Shown piece by piece: positions 1 through 10,100 of a DNA stretch of 36,526 nucleotides. The notes beneath the pieces are model-generated. The model searched no databases, was not told where the DNA came from, and saw only the letters and a program-made list of their open reading frames with translations. The stretch covers positions 1 through 36,526 of IMG/VR virus record IMGVR_UViG_3300020702_000010. One strand, written 5' to 3'. Every line of letters begins with the position of its first letter. Within the stretch, counting starts at the first letter, position 1. Position numbers and translations under genes: made by a program. Source of the DNA: a virus. Taxonomy: Duplodnaviria > Caudoviricetes.

Positions 1-300
1 CCTGCTGCTATTGTCGGTGATGTCACCTTAGGCCAGTCGCGTATCAAAAACATTAATAAGATCTGGGTGCGCGTCTATAACTCAGGCGGCTTTAGTGCAG
101 GCCCTGATACCTCACACTTAACACCCATTAAGACTCGGCATTATGAGTCACCAGGTACAGCGCCGAACTTAATCACTGATGAGATTCCTTTGTTTGTAAC
201 CTCAAGCTATAACCCATCGGGTCGTGTCACCATTAGACAATCAGATCCTCTGCCCTTAACCATCGTAGATATTACTACCGAGGTGTCCATTGGCGGTTAA
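1..300 (+). CDS. Tail tubular protein B-like, C-terminal part (5'-truncated by the window edge)
   Basis: The frame is open from base 1 (PAAIVGDVTLGQSRIKNINKIWVRVYNSGG...). The C-terminus ...GRVTIRQSDPLPLTIVDITTEVSIGG resembles podovirus tail tubular B ends, and the gene lies just before the internal virion genes. Confidence 0.75.
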   Translation, partial: PAAIVGDVTLGQSRIKNINKIWVRVYNSGGFSAGPDTSHLTPIKTRHYESPGTAPNLITDEIPLFVTSSYNPSGRVTIRQSDPLPLTIVDITTEVSIGG

Positions 301-766
301 GGTCACTAAGCGCTTCCCGACCGACGAAGACATCCTTGAACTAACCGCAAACATGCGCCAGCTTGATATTGATGAGATCAAGGCTGTCACTAATTTAGGG
401 ACTTTAGATTGTGTGGTAGCCTCTGTCCGCAACTCAGAAAAGCACTGCTGCTTTGCGGTCTTTGCTGATGGCGTGCTGGTCTGTATCTATGGTTGCTCGG
501 TTGTGGGTAATCCTTGGCTCTTAGTGACTAATGCTATGGACAGTCATGTTCTTAACTTAACGCGTCGTACCAAACGCATCGTGCGGATGATGTCCAAACG
601 ATGGCCTATATTGTCTAACTATGTTGATGTCAGAAACAAAATGACCATCCGCTGGCTTAAGACCATAGGCTTCACCTTCACCGAAACCATTGAGATCAAG
701 CCCGGATTTCCAGTAATACGCTTTGAAATGGTGCGCGATGAACACACTCTCCCAGATACTGCCTGA
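290..766 (+). CDS. Internal virion protein A-like (T7 gp13/DUF2833, GNAT-like fold)
   Basis: Motifs NMRQLDIDE, PWLL and LSNYVDVRNKMTIRWLKTIGF; position after tail tube B. Confidence 0.75.
   Translation: MAVKVTKRFPTDEDILELTANMRQLDIDEIKAVTNLGTLDCVVASVRNSEKHCCFAVFADGVLVCIYGCSVVGNPWLLVTNAMDSHVLNLTRRTKRIVRMMSKRWPILSNYVDVRNKMTIRWLKTIGFTFTETIEIKPGFPVIRFEMVRDEHTLPDTA
581..612 (+). promoter_or_regulatory. Candidate activator-dependent late promoter, copy inside the gp13-like gene
   Basis: GTGCGGATGAT at 581 and TATATT at 607-612; the motif and spacing match the sites at 29127 and 31943. Confidence 0.35.
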
Positions 767-1187
767 TTCGGTCGATTTTAAAACCGCGATACTTGCAGCC
801 GAAGAAATCCTCCTTAACTCTGACAATCCTATATCTCCCGAAGTTATCCATCATTTTTCACCTGGTGTCTATGCCAGAGAAGTCCGCATTCCTAAAGGCG
901 CTGTGCTTACTGGAAAGATACATAAAACAGAGCATCTTTGTATTCTTAATGGCGATATAGAAATTGCCTCACAAGATGGCAAAGGTCGTTTTACCGGCTA
1001 TCTAACTTTCCTCTCTAAGCCTGGCGTTAAGCGTATCGGCTATGCTCACGAAGATACTGTTTTTACTACCATTCATGCTATTGAAGGCACGGACATCTCT
1101 GAGCTTGAAAGAGCATTAGTCGTTGATACCTTTGAGCAATATGAGAACTATTGCTTAACCTCAAGCAATCAGGAGTTACTGGTATGA
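738..1187 (+). CDS. Cupin/RmlC-like fold phage protein
   Basis: HHFSPGVYAREVRIPKGAVLTGKIHKTEH and PGVKRIGYAHEDTVFTTIH are cupin-like His motifs. The start could be 723 or 738. Confidence 0.65.
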   Translation: MNTLSQILPDSVDFKTAILAAEEILLNSDNPISPEVIHHFSPGVYAREVRIPKGAVLTGKIHKTEHLCILNGDIEIASQDGKGRFTGYLTFLSKPGVKRIGYAHEDTVFTTIHAIEGTDISELERALVVDTFEQYENYCLTSSNQELLV

Positions 1188-1723
1188 GCTGGATTATCGT
1201 TGCAGTTTCTGTTGCTGTTGTTGCTTCAGTTGGATCAGCTACTATGCAGGGTGTGCAGGCTGCACAACAAGCAGACGCAGCCAAAAAAGCAGCAACCTTT
1301 AACGCACAGGTTGCCAGCAATAACGCCACCATAGACGCACAGAACCGGTCATCGTCCTTACAGCAAGGTGAGGTAGAGGCTCAGAACGCTATGCGCAAAC
1401 AAGCCTCGATGATAGGCGATCAACGCGCACAAATGTCAGCCAATGGTATCGATATTACCCAAGGCTCGGCACAAGACATGTTAGCCAGCACCAAGTTCTT
1501 AGGCGGTATCGATGTCAATACCATTCAATCGAATGCCGCGCGTCAAGCCTGGGGCTATAGCGTACAAGGCATGAATGACCAGAATGCAGCCACCATGGAA
1601 ACGTGGAAAGCTAACAGCATTAATCCAGCTGCGATAGGTGCAATGACTGCAGGTGGATCTTTGCTTAGTTCTGTGGGTAGTGCAGCAACGTCTTATGCTG
1701 GCGCTAAATTGGCTAGAGGTTAA
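1184..1723 (+). CDS. Small ejection/internal virion protein (T7 gp14-like)
   Basis: AGGAG at 1171-1175 and an ATGA overlap with the upstream stop. Hydrophobic N-terminus, Ala/Gln-rich body, QRAQMSANGIDITQGSA motif. Confidence 0.7.
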   Translation: MSWIIVAVSVAVVASVGSATMQGVQAAQQADAAKKAATFNAQVASNNATIDAQNRSSSLQQGEVEAQNAMRKQASMIGDQRAQMSANGIDITQGSAQDMLASTKFLGGIDVNTIQSNAARQAWGYSVQGMNDQNAATMETWKANSINPAAIGAMTAGGSLLSSVGSAATSYAGAKLARG

Positions 1724-1732
1724 TAAAAAAAC

Positions 1733-1768
1733 AAAACCCCGACAGCTGGCAGGCCGACGAGGGTTTTT
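1733..1768 (+). terminator. Hairpin / possible bidirectional intrinsic terminator
   Basis: AAAACCCCG...CGAGGGTTTTT inverted repeat with A and T tails. Confidence 0.5.
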
Positions 1769-1795
1769 AACAAACAAACCTGAACAAAGGCTTGA

Positions 1796-1987
1796 ATGAT
1801 TAGCGAAAAGTTTAACAGATTAAAATTACATGTGCATTCAGAAAAAGGCTTAAAAATGAATATTCCCTACAATGAATTTGTTATTAGATGCGTGGGTGTG
1901 GCTATTATCTTATGGTCATTCTCAAGCAATAGCGCCAGTAATAGCCGCTATTCGCTGGTGGTAATCCTGCTAGAACATAAGGAATAG
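1796..1987 (+). CDS. Small membrane protein (moron-like), possibly frameshifted
   Basis: AT-rich ORF with a hydrophobic segment FVIRCVGVAIILWSF. The +1 frame continues AIAPVIAAIRWW*. Confidence 0.4.
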   Translation: MISEKFNRLKLHVHSEKGLKMNIPYNEFVIRCVGVAIILWSFSSNSASNSRYSLVVILLEHKE

Positions 1988-1990
1988 ACA

Positions 1991-4129
1991 ATGAGAGTCC
2001 CAGAATATCAGCAATCAGTCCAACAACAAGGACTACCTAACGCTAGGCTAACCACTCACTACACAGCCGATGACTTCATGGGTGGTACTCAGCAAGCAGC
2101 GCTGCAAGTTGGCACTGAGCTAGCCAAAAGCCTAGCCCATGATGCCACAAATTTAGCGGTTGACCATTATAAAGATCAGCTAGATCAGAATAACAAGATC
2201 CGCATCTTGGCTAGCGCAACCGATATGGGCACCCATATCGATACCGCCATGTATGGCGCTAACGGAGCGTTAACTAAACAAGGGGCAGACGCCTTCCTAG
2301 GTTCTGATGGCAAGTCAGCTATGGATACAGTCTATGACGATGCCGTCAAAAAGCAAGCAGCGATAGCCGACACCCTTGGCACCGACTCGCAAAAGTCCGG
2401 CTTTATGCAGCAATCAACCGCCATGCTTAATGCTATGCGCGGTACCTTGATGAGCCATGAAGCACAAGAGCATCGCGTTTATGCCCAAGGCTCTTTAGAG
2501 GCTAGCACCGCCTATCATGTTAACAACATGAACTATAACAACAACAACGATGACGGACTCACCAAGTCCATCGCGCAAATAAAAGCCAATAGCCTACAGC
2601 TAGCCACCCTCAATGGTAAGCCGCCCTTGTGGGGTGAAGTTAATGCCCAGACTCATATCTCTGGTGCGCTGAACAAAATAACCAGTGATATGATTGATAA
2701 CGGCAACCACGCCGGCGCTAGCAACATCCTTCAGCACTTCTCTCAAGACATGAACCAGAACGACTTGGCGGGTAATTATTCTAAGATGAGCAAGTCCGTA
2801 GACCAGGCCAATGCTATCAGTATAGCAACCTCAACAATGACAGACTTTCGTGGCCGCTTTACCCCACAGAATGGCGATAGAATTAATAATATTACTTGGA
2901 TGACTGAGTCCGGTAATAAGCAGCTTGATGATAAGGGTGAGCCCATCACCAGCCCAAAAGGTGCAATAGGTGCCGCACAGGTCATGCCTAAAACCGCCAG
3001 AGAAGCAGCAAGCTTAGCCGGCTTGCCCTGGGATGAAACTAAATACAAATATGACATTACTTACAACAAAGCCATTGGTGCAGCTTACTTCCAGAAACAA
3101 CTACAGGATAATCAAGGTGACTTAGAAAAAGCCTGGGGCGCTTATAACGCTGGCCCAACCGCACTTAGAAAGGCCATAAGCGCAGCCCAGGCAGACGGCA
3201 CTAATTGGCGTAGCCACCTGCCAGAAGAAACTCAAGCTTATATAGCTAAAAATATCAACGCCTATAACGCGGGCAAGGGCGCCGATGAACCCGCGACCTT
3301 ACAAGAGGTTCAGCAAGCGGCCCTCGCTAAAAACCCTAGCGCCTCGAGCACCGAACGCAAGAACACCCTTGAAGAAGTTAATCGCCAGTATGCCGTGAAT
3401 GCAGCCGCTATAAAAGATCATCAAGAATACAACACCGATCAAGCTTATAAAATGCTTGCTAAGAATGGCGGCAACTATGCCGCGCTACCTCAGTCTGTCA
3501 AAGATGACATTCCCGGCAATCAAATCCAGCATGTACAAGACTTTGCCATTAAGACTACCAAAGGCATCCCGATTGAGACTGACGATAATTTATATTACGA
3601 ACTCTATAGAAATCCCGCCACCTTAAAACTAACCAACTTACTGGCTTTTAGAAACCAGTTAAGCGATGTAGACCTTAAGGGCCTGCAAAAACTCCAAGCT
3701 GACAACAACAAAAGCAATGACCTAACCTCAGTGCGGCCAGCCAAAGCCGTGCTTGATGACTACATGGCTGAGGTCGGCATTAACCCGAATCCTAAGGCTG
3801 ATGATGCAGAAGGCTCAGCAAAGGTCGGCAAGATCTACGGACAATTTCAAACCAATCTCAATAATTTTGAAGAGTCAGCAGGTCACAAGGCCACACCGGA
3901 TGAGATCAATAAACTAGCTCAGAAACTCTTTACCCAGATTGACATAAAGGGGGTGTTTTGGGGAACCAATAAAATAAGCCTTGCCCAACTGAAAGACACT
4001 GATGTTATCAGCGTGCCTACTGATGAGCGCGCGCAAATAGTCCAGCTTTATAAAGCCAAGAATGGCGGAGCTGATCCATCTGACAGCTACATTCTCTCAA
4101 TATATAAAGCCCATAAAGGAATCAATTAA
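1991..4129 (+). CDS. Internal virion/ejection protein with a soluble lytic transglycosylase (SLT) domain
   Basis: SLT motifs TESG, SPKGAIGAAQVMPKTA, AYNAGP and PEETQAY. RBS AAGGA upstream. Confidence 0.85.
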   Translation: MRVPEYQQSVQQQGLPNARLTTHYTADDFMGGTQQAALQVGTELAKSLAHDATNLAVDHYKDQLDQNNKIRILASATDMGTHIDTAMYGANGALTKQGADAFLGSDGKSAMDTVYDDAVKKQAAIADTLGTDSQKSGFMQQSTAMLNAMRGTLMSHEAQEHRVYAQGSLEASTAYHVNNMNYNNNNDDGLTKSIAQIKANSLQLATLNGKPPLWGEVNAQTHISGALNKITSDMIDNGNHAGASNILQHFSQDMNQNDLAGNYSKMSKSVDQANAISIATSTMTDFRGRFTPQNGDRINNITWMTESGNKQLDDKGEPITSPKGAIGAAQVMPKTAREAASLAGLPWDETKYKYDITYNKAIGAAYFQKQLQDNQGDLEKAWGAYNAGPTALRKAISAAQADGTNWRSHLPEETQAYIAKNINAYNAGKGADEPATLQEVQQAALAKNPSASSTERKNTLEEVNRQYAVNAAAIKDHQEYNTDQAYKMLAKNGGNYAALPQSVKDDIPGNQIQHVQDFAIKTTKGIPIETDDNLYYELYRNPATLKLTNLLAFRNQLSDVDLKGLQKLQADNNKSNDLTSVRPAKAVLDDYMAEVGINPNPKADDAEGSAKVGKIYGQFQTNLNNFEESAGHKATPDEINKLAQKLFTQIDIKGVFWGTNKISLAQLKDTDVISVPTDERAQIVQLYKAKNGGADPSDSYILSIYKAHKGIN

Positions 4130-7100
4130 TGGAAGCGCAACGCTCGTATGAAGAGCTAATCAATAATGACGCCATCAACTCTGCCAAGAGTGGCATGCAG
4201 TTTGCGGTGGACAAGCAACCCGATACCGAAGCCAGACTACAAACACTCGCCAAGCAGTACAACTTACCCGTGGATGCCGTCCGCTTAGATCCCAAAGCCA
4301 TTGAGCGCAAGAGCCAGTTAGATGCAGTCGATTATGAGTCACTGGTAAAGACTGCACCCCACACCAACTATTTATTGTCAGACCCCAATAAAGCCGCCGT
4401 TGCTCATGATGATATTCCAAACCTAAGCCAGATAGAAGGCGGACTCAAAGCCTTGCGCAGCCCTGAGCCTAATGCGCTTAATATCGCCTCAGGCTTACTC
4501 AGCAACTTATCTTTTTCGCCCTTACACAGCGCCATCAAAGTGGCATTTCATGATGCCTTTTTTGATGATGGCACGGCCACAGCACAACTGCGCCACAATG
4601 ATTTACTGCGCAAGTCCTTGCAGCAAAAAGACGCGCTAGATAACACCACGCCAGACTTTGAAACCGACACAGCACGGGGCATTTATTCAGGTGCCGCAAG
4701 CTTTATGCAGGCACTGCCGGGCATGGCCGCCTCGGTAGCCACCGCCAATCCACTGCCCATGATCGCCAGTGCTGGGGTTCAACAAGGTTTTCCCGCTTAT
4801 GGCAAATATCTCGATAGAGGTGCGACAAAAGCAGAAGCCGCTTTAGGTGCAGTCGGCGAAGGCACTGCGGAAATGGGCTTTGAAGCCCTGCCCATGGGTT
4901 TCATAGTTAAAAAGTTTGGTAAAGTAGGTGCAGGTGAATTTTTAACAGGCTTGTTTGCTAGAGAAATCCCCTCAGAACAAGCGACTACGATCGCACAAGA
5001 TGCCATTGATACCGCTATTGCCAACCCTGATAAATCATGGGGCGACTTTGTCAATGAGCGCCCAGACGCCGCCTATCAAACCCTATTGGCCACCGTCACC
5101 CAAGGTGGCATCACCGGCGCTATTAGCAGCATTGCTAAAAGAATGACAGACCAGGGTAAGCATGTCGACTCCGCTAACCTTGGCGCAATCAACATTGAAA
5201 AGCTTAACCAACTAGCCGCTGCCAGCAAGGTACTCGCCCGCAGCCCCGACACCATAAAGACCTTCGCTGAGGCAGCCTTGGCCGGTAGCCCGGTTCAAGA
5301 TCTATACATCGATGCCGAAACCTTCTTACAGTCTGGCGTTGCCGAACACGTCGCCGCACTATTGCCCGACGTAGCCGAACAACTGAAAGAGGCCTTACCG
5401 GGTACAGAGATCCGCATCCCCATCAGCGACTACCTAACCCATATCGCCGCCACTGACTATGCAGCCACTTTAAAAGATCATCTACGCCTTGAGGGCGACG
5501 ACTATAGTCCCGCACAAGCGCAAAGCTATATGCAAACTCATGCACAAGAAATGCAGCACGAGATTGACAGCATATTAACCAGCCATCAACAAGCCGACAC
5601 CTTTAGAACCAGCCAAGACACTGTTAAAGCCACGGTGCTAGAGCAGCTCAATAAGCTGAATCGCTTTAGCAGCACCAAGAACGAACTCGACGCCACCTTG
5701 ATCTCGGCACGCATGGCCGTTAGAGCCGCACAGCTGGGCATTACCCCAGAGCAGATGTATGAAAAACAGACGCCAAACTTTGCGGCTGAAGACATAAGTG
5801 GTGGGCCAGTATTTAGTCAGTCTGAGATAGCACGCCAGCAAATAGAGCAATGGACGAAAGATAAGTTGCCTGGCGGTCAAATCGTCCAGTTAGGTTCGCC
5901 ATCCGCTATATTACAGAGTTTTGGAATGGACGATTTACCCATTCACCTTACAAAATCTGTTCTTGATAAAGCAAAAAACAAACATACAGTCGACCCAGAT
6001 GACCTGCTCGGACTAGCGGATGCAATACATTCTCCAATCGCTGTCTTTGCCTCTAAGCAAGGTGATGGGCACTTGGTTGTTTTAACTGAGCTTAAGCATG
6101 CGGATGGAAATATTATCGCGGCACTTGATTTAAATAAATCACGAGATCATTTTGAAATACATGACATCCGAAGCTTGCACCCTAAAAATACCAAAAGCGT
6201 ACTTAAATGGATAGAAGACGGATTATTGCTGGGTTATGAAAAAACCAAAGGCCGCGAATGGCTTGAACGCAACTCCGGGTCCGATTCCCAGCGCGGTCAA
6301 GTCAACGCAGCCTTTGAAGGTGCAAGGATATATGAGGCTGAAAAAAATAGCAATACACCAAACAAAAGTAGTTTTGATGAATCTACAGCGCTTTATCAAT
6401 CTACAAACGAAGCCCCACGCCTTGCTCCCAACGGCAAACCCTCAAACCTAAACCCACTGCAATATGCACAAGTTCGCACAGCAGCGTTTAAAAAGTGGTT
6501 TGGGGATTGGTTGCATAATCCTGAAATGGAAATGACACCGATAAAGCTAGTTGATGACCCTAATCTGCCTATTGATGGGGACGCTAAAACACTATCTAAA
6601 TACTTGCGAGATACATTCGGGAATACTAAGGAAATCAATCAGCAGACAGGTGACGAGATTGGATTCTATCGAGATGGCATTGAAGCATCAGTAAAAAATA
6701 GAAAGCTTTTATCTCGTCGTCTCTATGCCATATTGCCACAATTACTAAGAGAATCAGCTTATGCGGGATATGAAGAAAACACTAAGCTAGATAAAAAACC
6801 GCATGTTTTAGGTTATGAAACCTATTATGCCGCCGTATCTATAGATGGGAAGGTTTATTCGGTAAGAATTGCAGTTGACCGAATTAAAAATGATGTACGA
6901 GGAAGGGGGTATTATTATCATCAAGTTGATGAGGTATCACTAGGCGACGAAGTCGGATCAACCCGGGTTCTATCTGACTCAACGAATCAGGCGAGCACCC
7001 CTTCATCGCCTAATGGCAAAATTATACTAAGCCAACTAACAGGAAAAGTCAATAACGACGCTTCCAAAGTCATCGATGAAAACGGCGAGCCGCTGGTGGT

Positions 7101-10100
7101 TTATCATGGTAGTGATGAGGGCTTTGATACTTTTCTAAAAGAAAAAATAGGCACTAATATTGTCCTTCCCAATGGAGCGCCAAGAGGGTTTTATTTTGCA
7201 AAAGACAAAGCGCTAGCTGAAAAATATGGGAAAACTATAACGGAAGCTTTTATTTCTGGAAAGCCTTTATTAAATAATAGCAAAATTGTTGTTGCTGGCG
7301 AACCCAACCAAATCAAATCAGCCACCGGCAACAACGGTAACTTTGACGGCAATGATGCCAACATCCTACACCAACAACAATACGGCTCTTTCCATCCACC
7401 CACTAACACCATCGCCATCTTCAAACAAGGCAACCTGTCCACAGTCCTGCACGAACTCGGGCACTTCTTCTTTGAAAACGACATCGCCCTAGCGGCTGAA
7501 TTATTCACCAAGCCAGAGCTCACAGCAGGCGAACAACAAATTGTTAGCGATGTTTCGGCCTTACTGAACTGGAGTGGTATTCAAGGCACACTACAAGAAC
7601 AGCTAGACCAATGGTATAGCATGGACATTGAAGAAAAGCGCGGGGCTCATGAACGCACTGCTGAAGCCTTCGAAGCCTATCTATTCACTGGCACAGCGCC
7701 TAGTATTGAACTGCAACACGCTTTTCAAACCTTCCGCACCTGGTTGATCAGTGTTTACAAGTCCTTAAAAGACTTCCTAGCCAGCCACCCAGAAGCCGGC
7801 AAGCTCAACGAAGAAGTCAGTGCTATCTTTGATCGCATGTTAGCGACTGAAGAAGAGATTAAGCTCGCCGAAAAAGCCCGTAGCCTCATGCCCTTATTTG
7901 AGAGCGCCCAAAAAGCTGGTATGTCCGAGGCTGATTTTGCCGCCTATCAAGCACTGGGGGTAGAGGCAACCAACACCGCCATCGATGCCCTACAAGCTAA
8001 AGCCTTAGGGGATATGGAATGGATGGGCCGCGCTCACACTCAATACCTAAAGGCCCTACAAAAAAAGCACGACGAACTCAGGCGCGAAGTACGAAGCCAA
8101 GCACGCACCGACATCATGGCACAACCTGTGTACAGGGCCTATAGCTTCTTAACCGGCAAGCTGAGCAAAGATGACAAGATCGCCCAGCCCACTACCGCTA
8201 AGTCAAACCCTAAACACGTTGATCCGTCTATTGATTCGCTGTTTGTCGCCATCGCCAAACTAGGCGGCTTGCAACGAGGCCAGCTAACAGAAGAATGGAA
8301 CTATGATCACCAAGGCCGGGTACAGATGCCGGTATTCGGTAAGCCGGTAGTGCGTAAAAATGGCGGTCTTTCTATAGAGACGATGGCCGAAAGCCTCATG
8401 GATGAGGGTTACTTAAACATGGACGAGCACGGCAAATATGACCTGCATGAATTTGAAGAAAAATTCTCAGCAGAACTACGCGGCGTTAGCCAATATGCGC
8501 ACAGCGTTGATGGCGGCAATATCACGCAAGAAGACCATAAAGCCCGTGAGGCGGTCATTAACCCTGATGGCTTAGGCGCTGGCCGCTTTGAGCTTTCAGA
8601 GTTACGCGGCATGGATCTACCTGAAGCCGTGCTTAATCTAATGATCAACCTAAAAATGACCGCAAAAGATGGCTTGCATCCTGATATCGTCTCCGATCTC
8701 TTTGGCTTTAGCTCAGGCGATGAGTTAGTTAATGCTCTGGCCAGCGCCGAAAACCCCAAAGCCGCGATAGAGCACTTAACCGATCAACGCATGTTACAAG
8801 AACATGGCGAGCTAGCCACACCCGAAGCCGTAGAAGAAGCTGCCAACCGTGCCGTGCATAATAAGTTTCGTGAGCGCTTACTAAGATCCGAAGCCAATGC
8901 CCTGGCCAAAGCCACCGGCTCCTTGCGCTTACTGGGTAATGCCGCCAAAGAATACACCCAGGCCATGATTAGCCGGCTCAAGGTCAGAGACATTAGGCCC
9001 ATCAACTACTCAAGGGCCGAAGTCAAAGCCGCACGCGCAGCAGAACAGGCTCATAGGAAAGGCGATACCGAGCAAGCGGCCATAGAAAAGCGCAATCAAG
9101 TCTTGAATATGCAAGCCTTTCGCGCGGCGGTGGCGGCTCAAGATCACATCGACAAGATGCTGCGCTACTTTAAGCGTCTGGGTGGGGACGGCCAAAAGAT
9201 CGACGCCGAATATATTGACGTAATTCGTGGCATGTTAGATAAGTTTGATCTACGCGACCAGTCTGGAAAGCATCTGGATGAACAAGCACGGCTACGCGCC
9301 TGGGTACAGTCTCAACTGGCCGAAGGCCAGTTACCCGTTATTGCTGAAAGCTTGTTAAGTCCACAAGAACGCGCAGCTTATGTGGCACAGGTAGAAAGTC
9401 GAGATGAGCACGGCGAACTCATTTACCAAGATGACGAAGAAGCCCTAAAACTCTTAGCCGACGCCATCGATCGCAGTGCCAAGCGCTCTTATAAAGACGC
9501 GACCTATGAAGAGCTGCAAGGCCTCTACGAGACCATTAAGCAAATGGAACACCTAGGCCGACTTAAACACAAACTGCTTACGGCTCAAGATGAGCGCGAC
9601 GCTGACGCTATTTATACCGAAATAACCGACGGCATAATCTTACATGGCGGAGCCGGTGGCAAAAATACCCGCACACCTAATGATGTGTTAGGAAAAATGC
9701 TAGCCGGTATTAAGGATTTTGGCTCAGCACATATCAAAATAGCGACCTGGGCTAGAATCATGGATGGAGGTATAGACAATGGCCCGGTCTGGCGGTTCTT
9801 AGTCAAGCCGGCCAACGCCAGAGCCACACAAGAAACCACCATGAAAGCCGCTGCCACCAAAGAACTCGATGCCATCATGCGACCCATATTAGCCAAGGCG
9901 ACTTTGCGTGATAAAAGCGGCAAGGGCAAATACTTTGCTTCAATCGGCACCTCCTTAAACTGGCAAGAACGCTTCAGCTTCTTGCTGAACATGGGTAATG
10001 AATCAAACCTACAGCGCTTAATGGGCGGCGGCATTGCCACAGTGAAAGAAAACTTAACCATGGCGCAACTACTTGAAGTCGTGGGCACCTTAAGCTGGGA

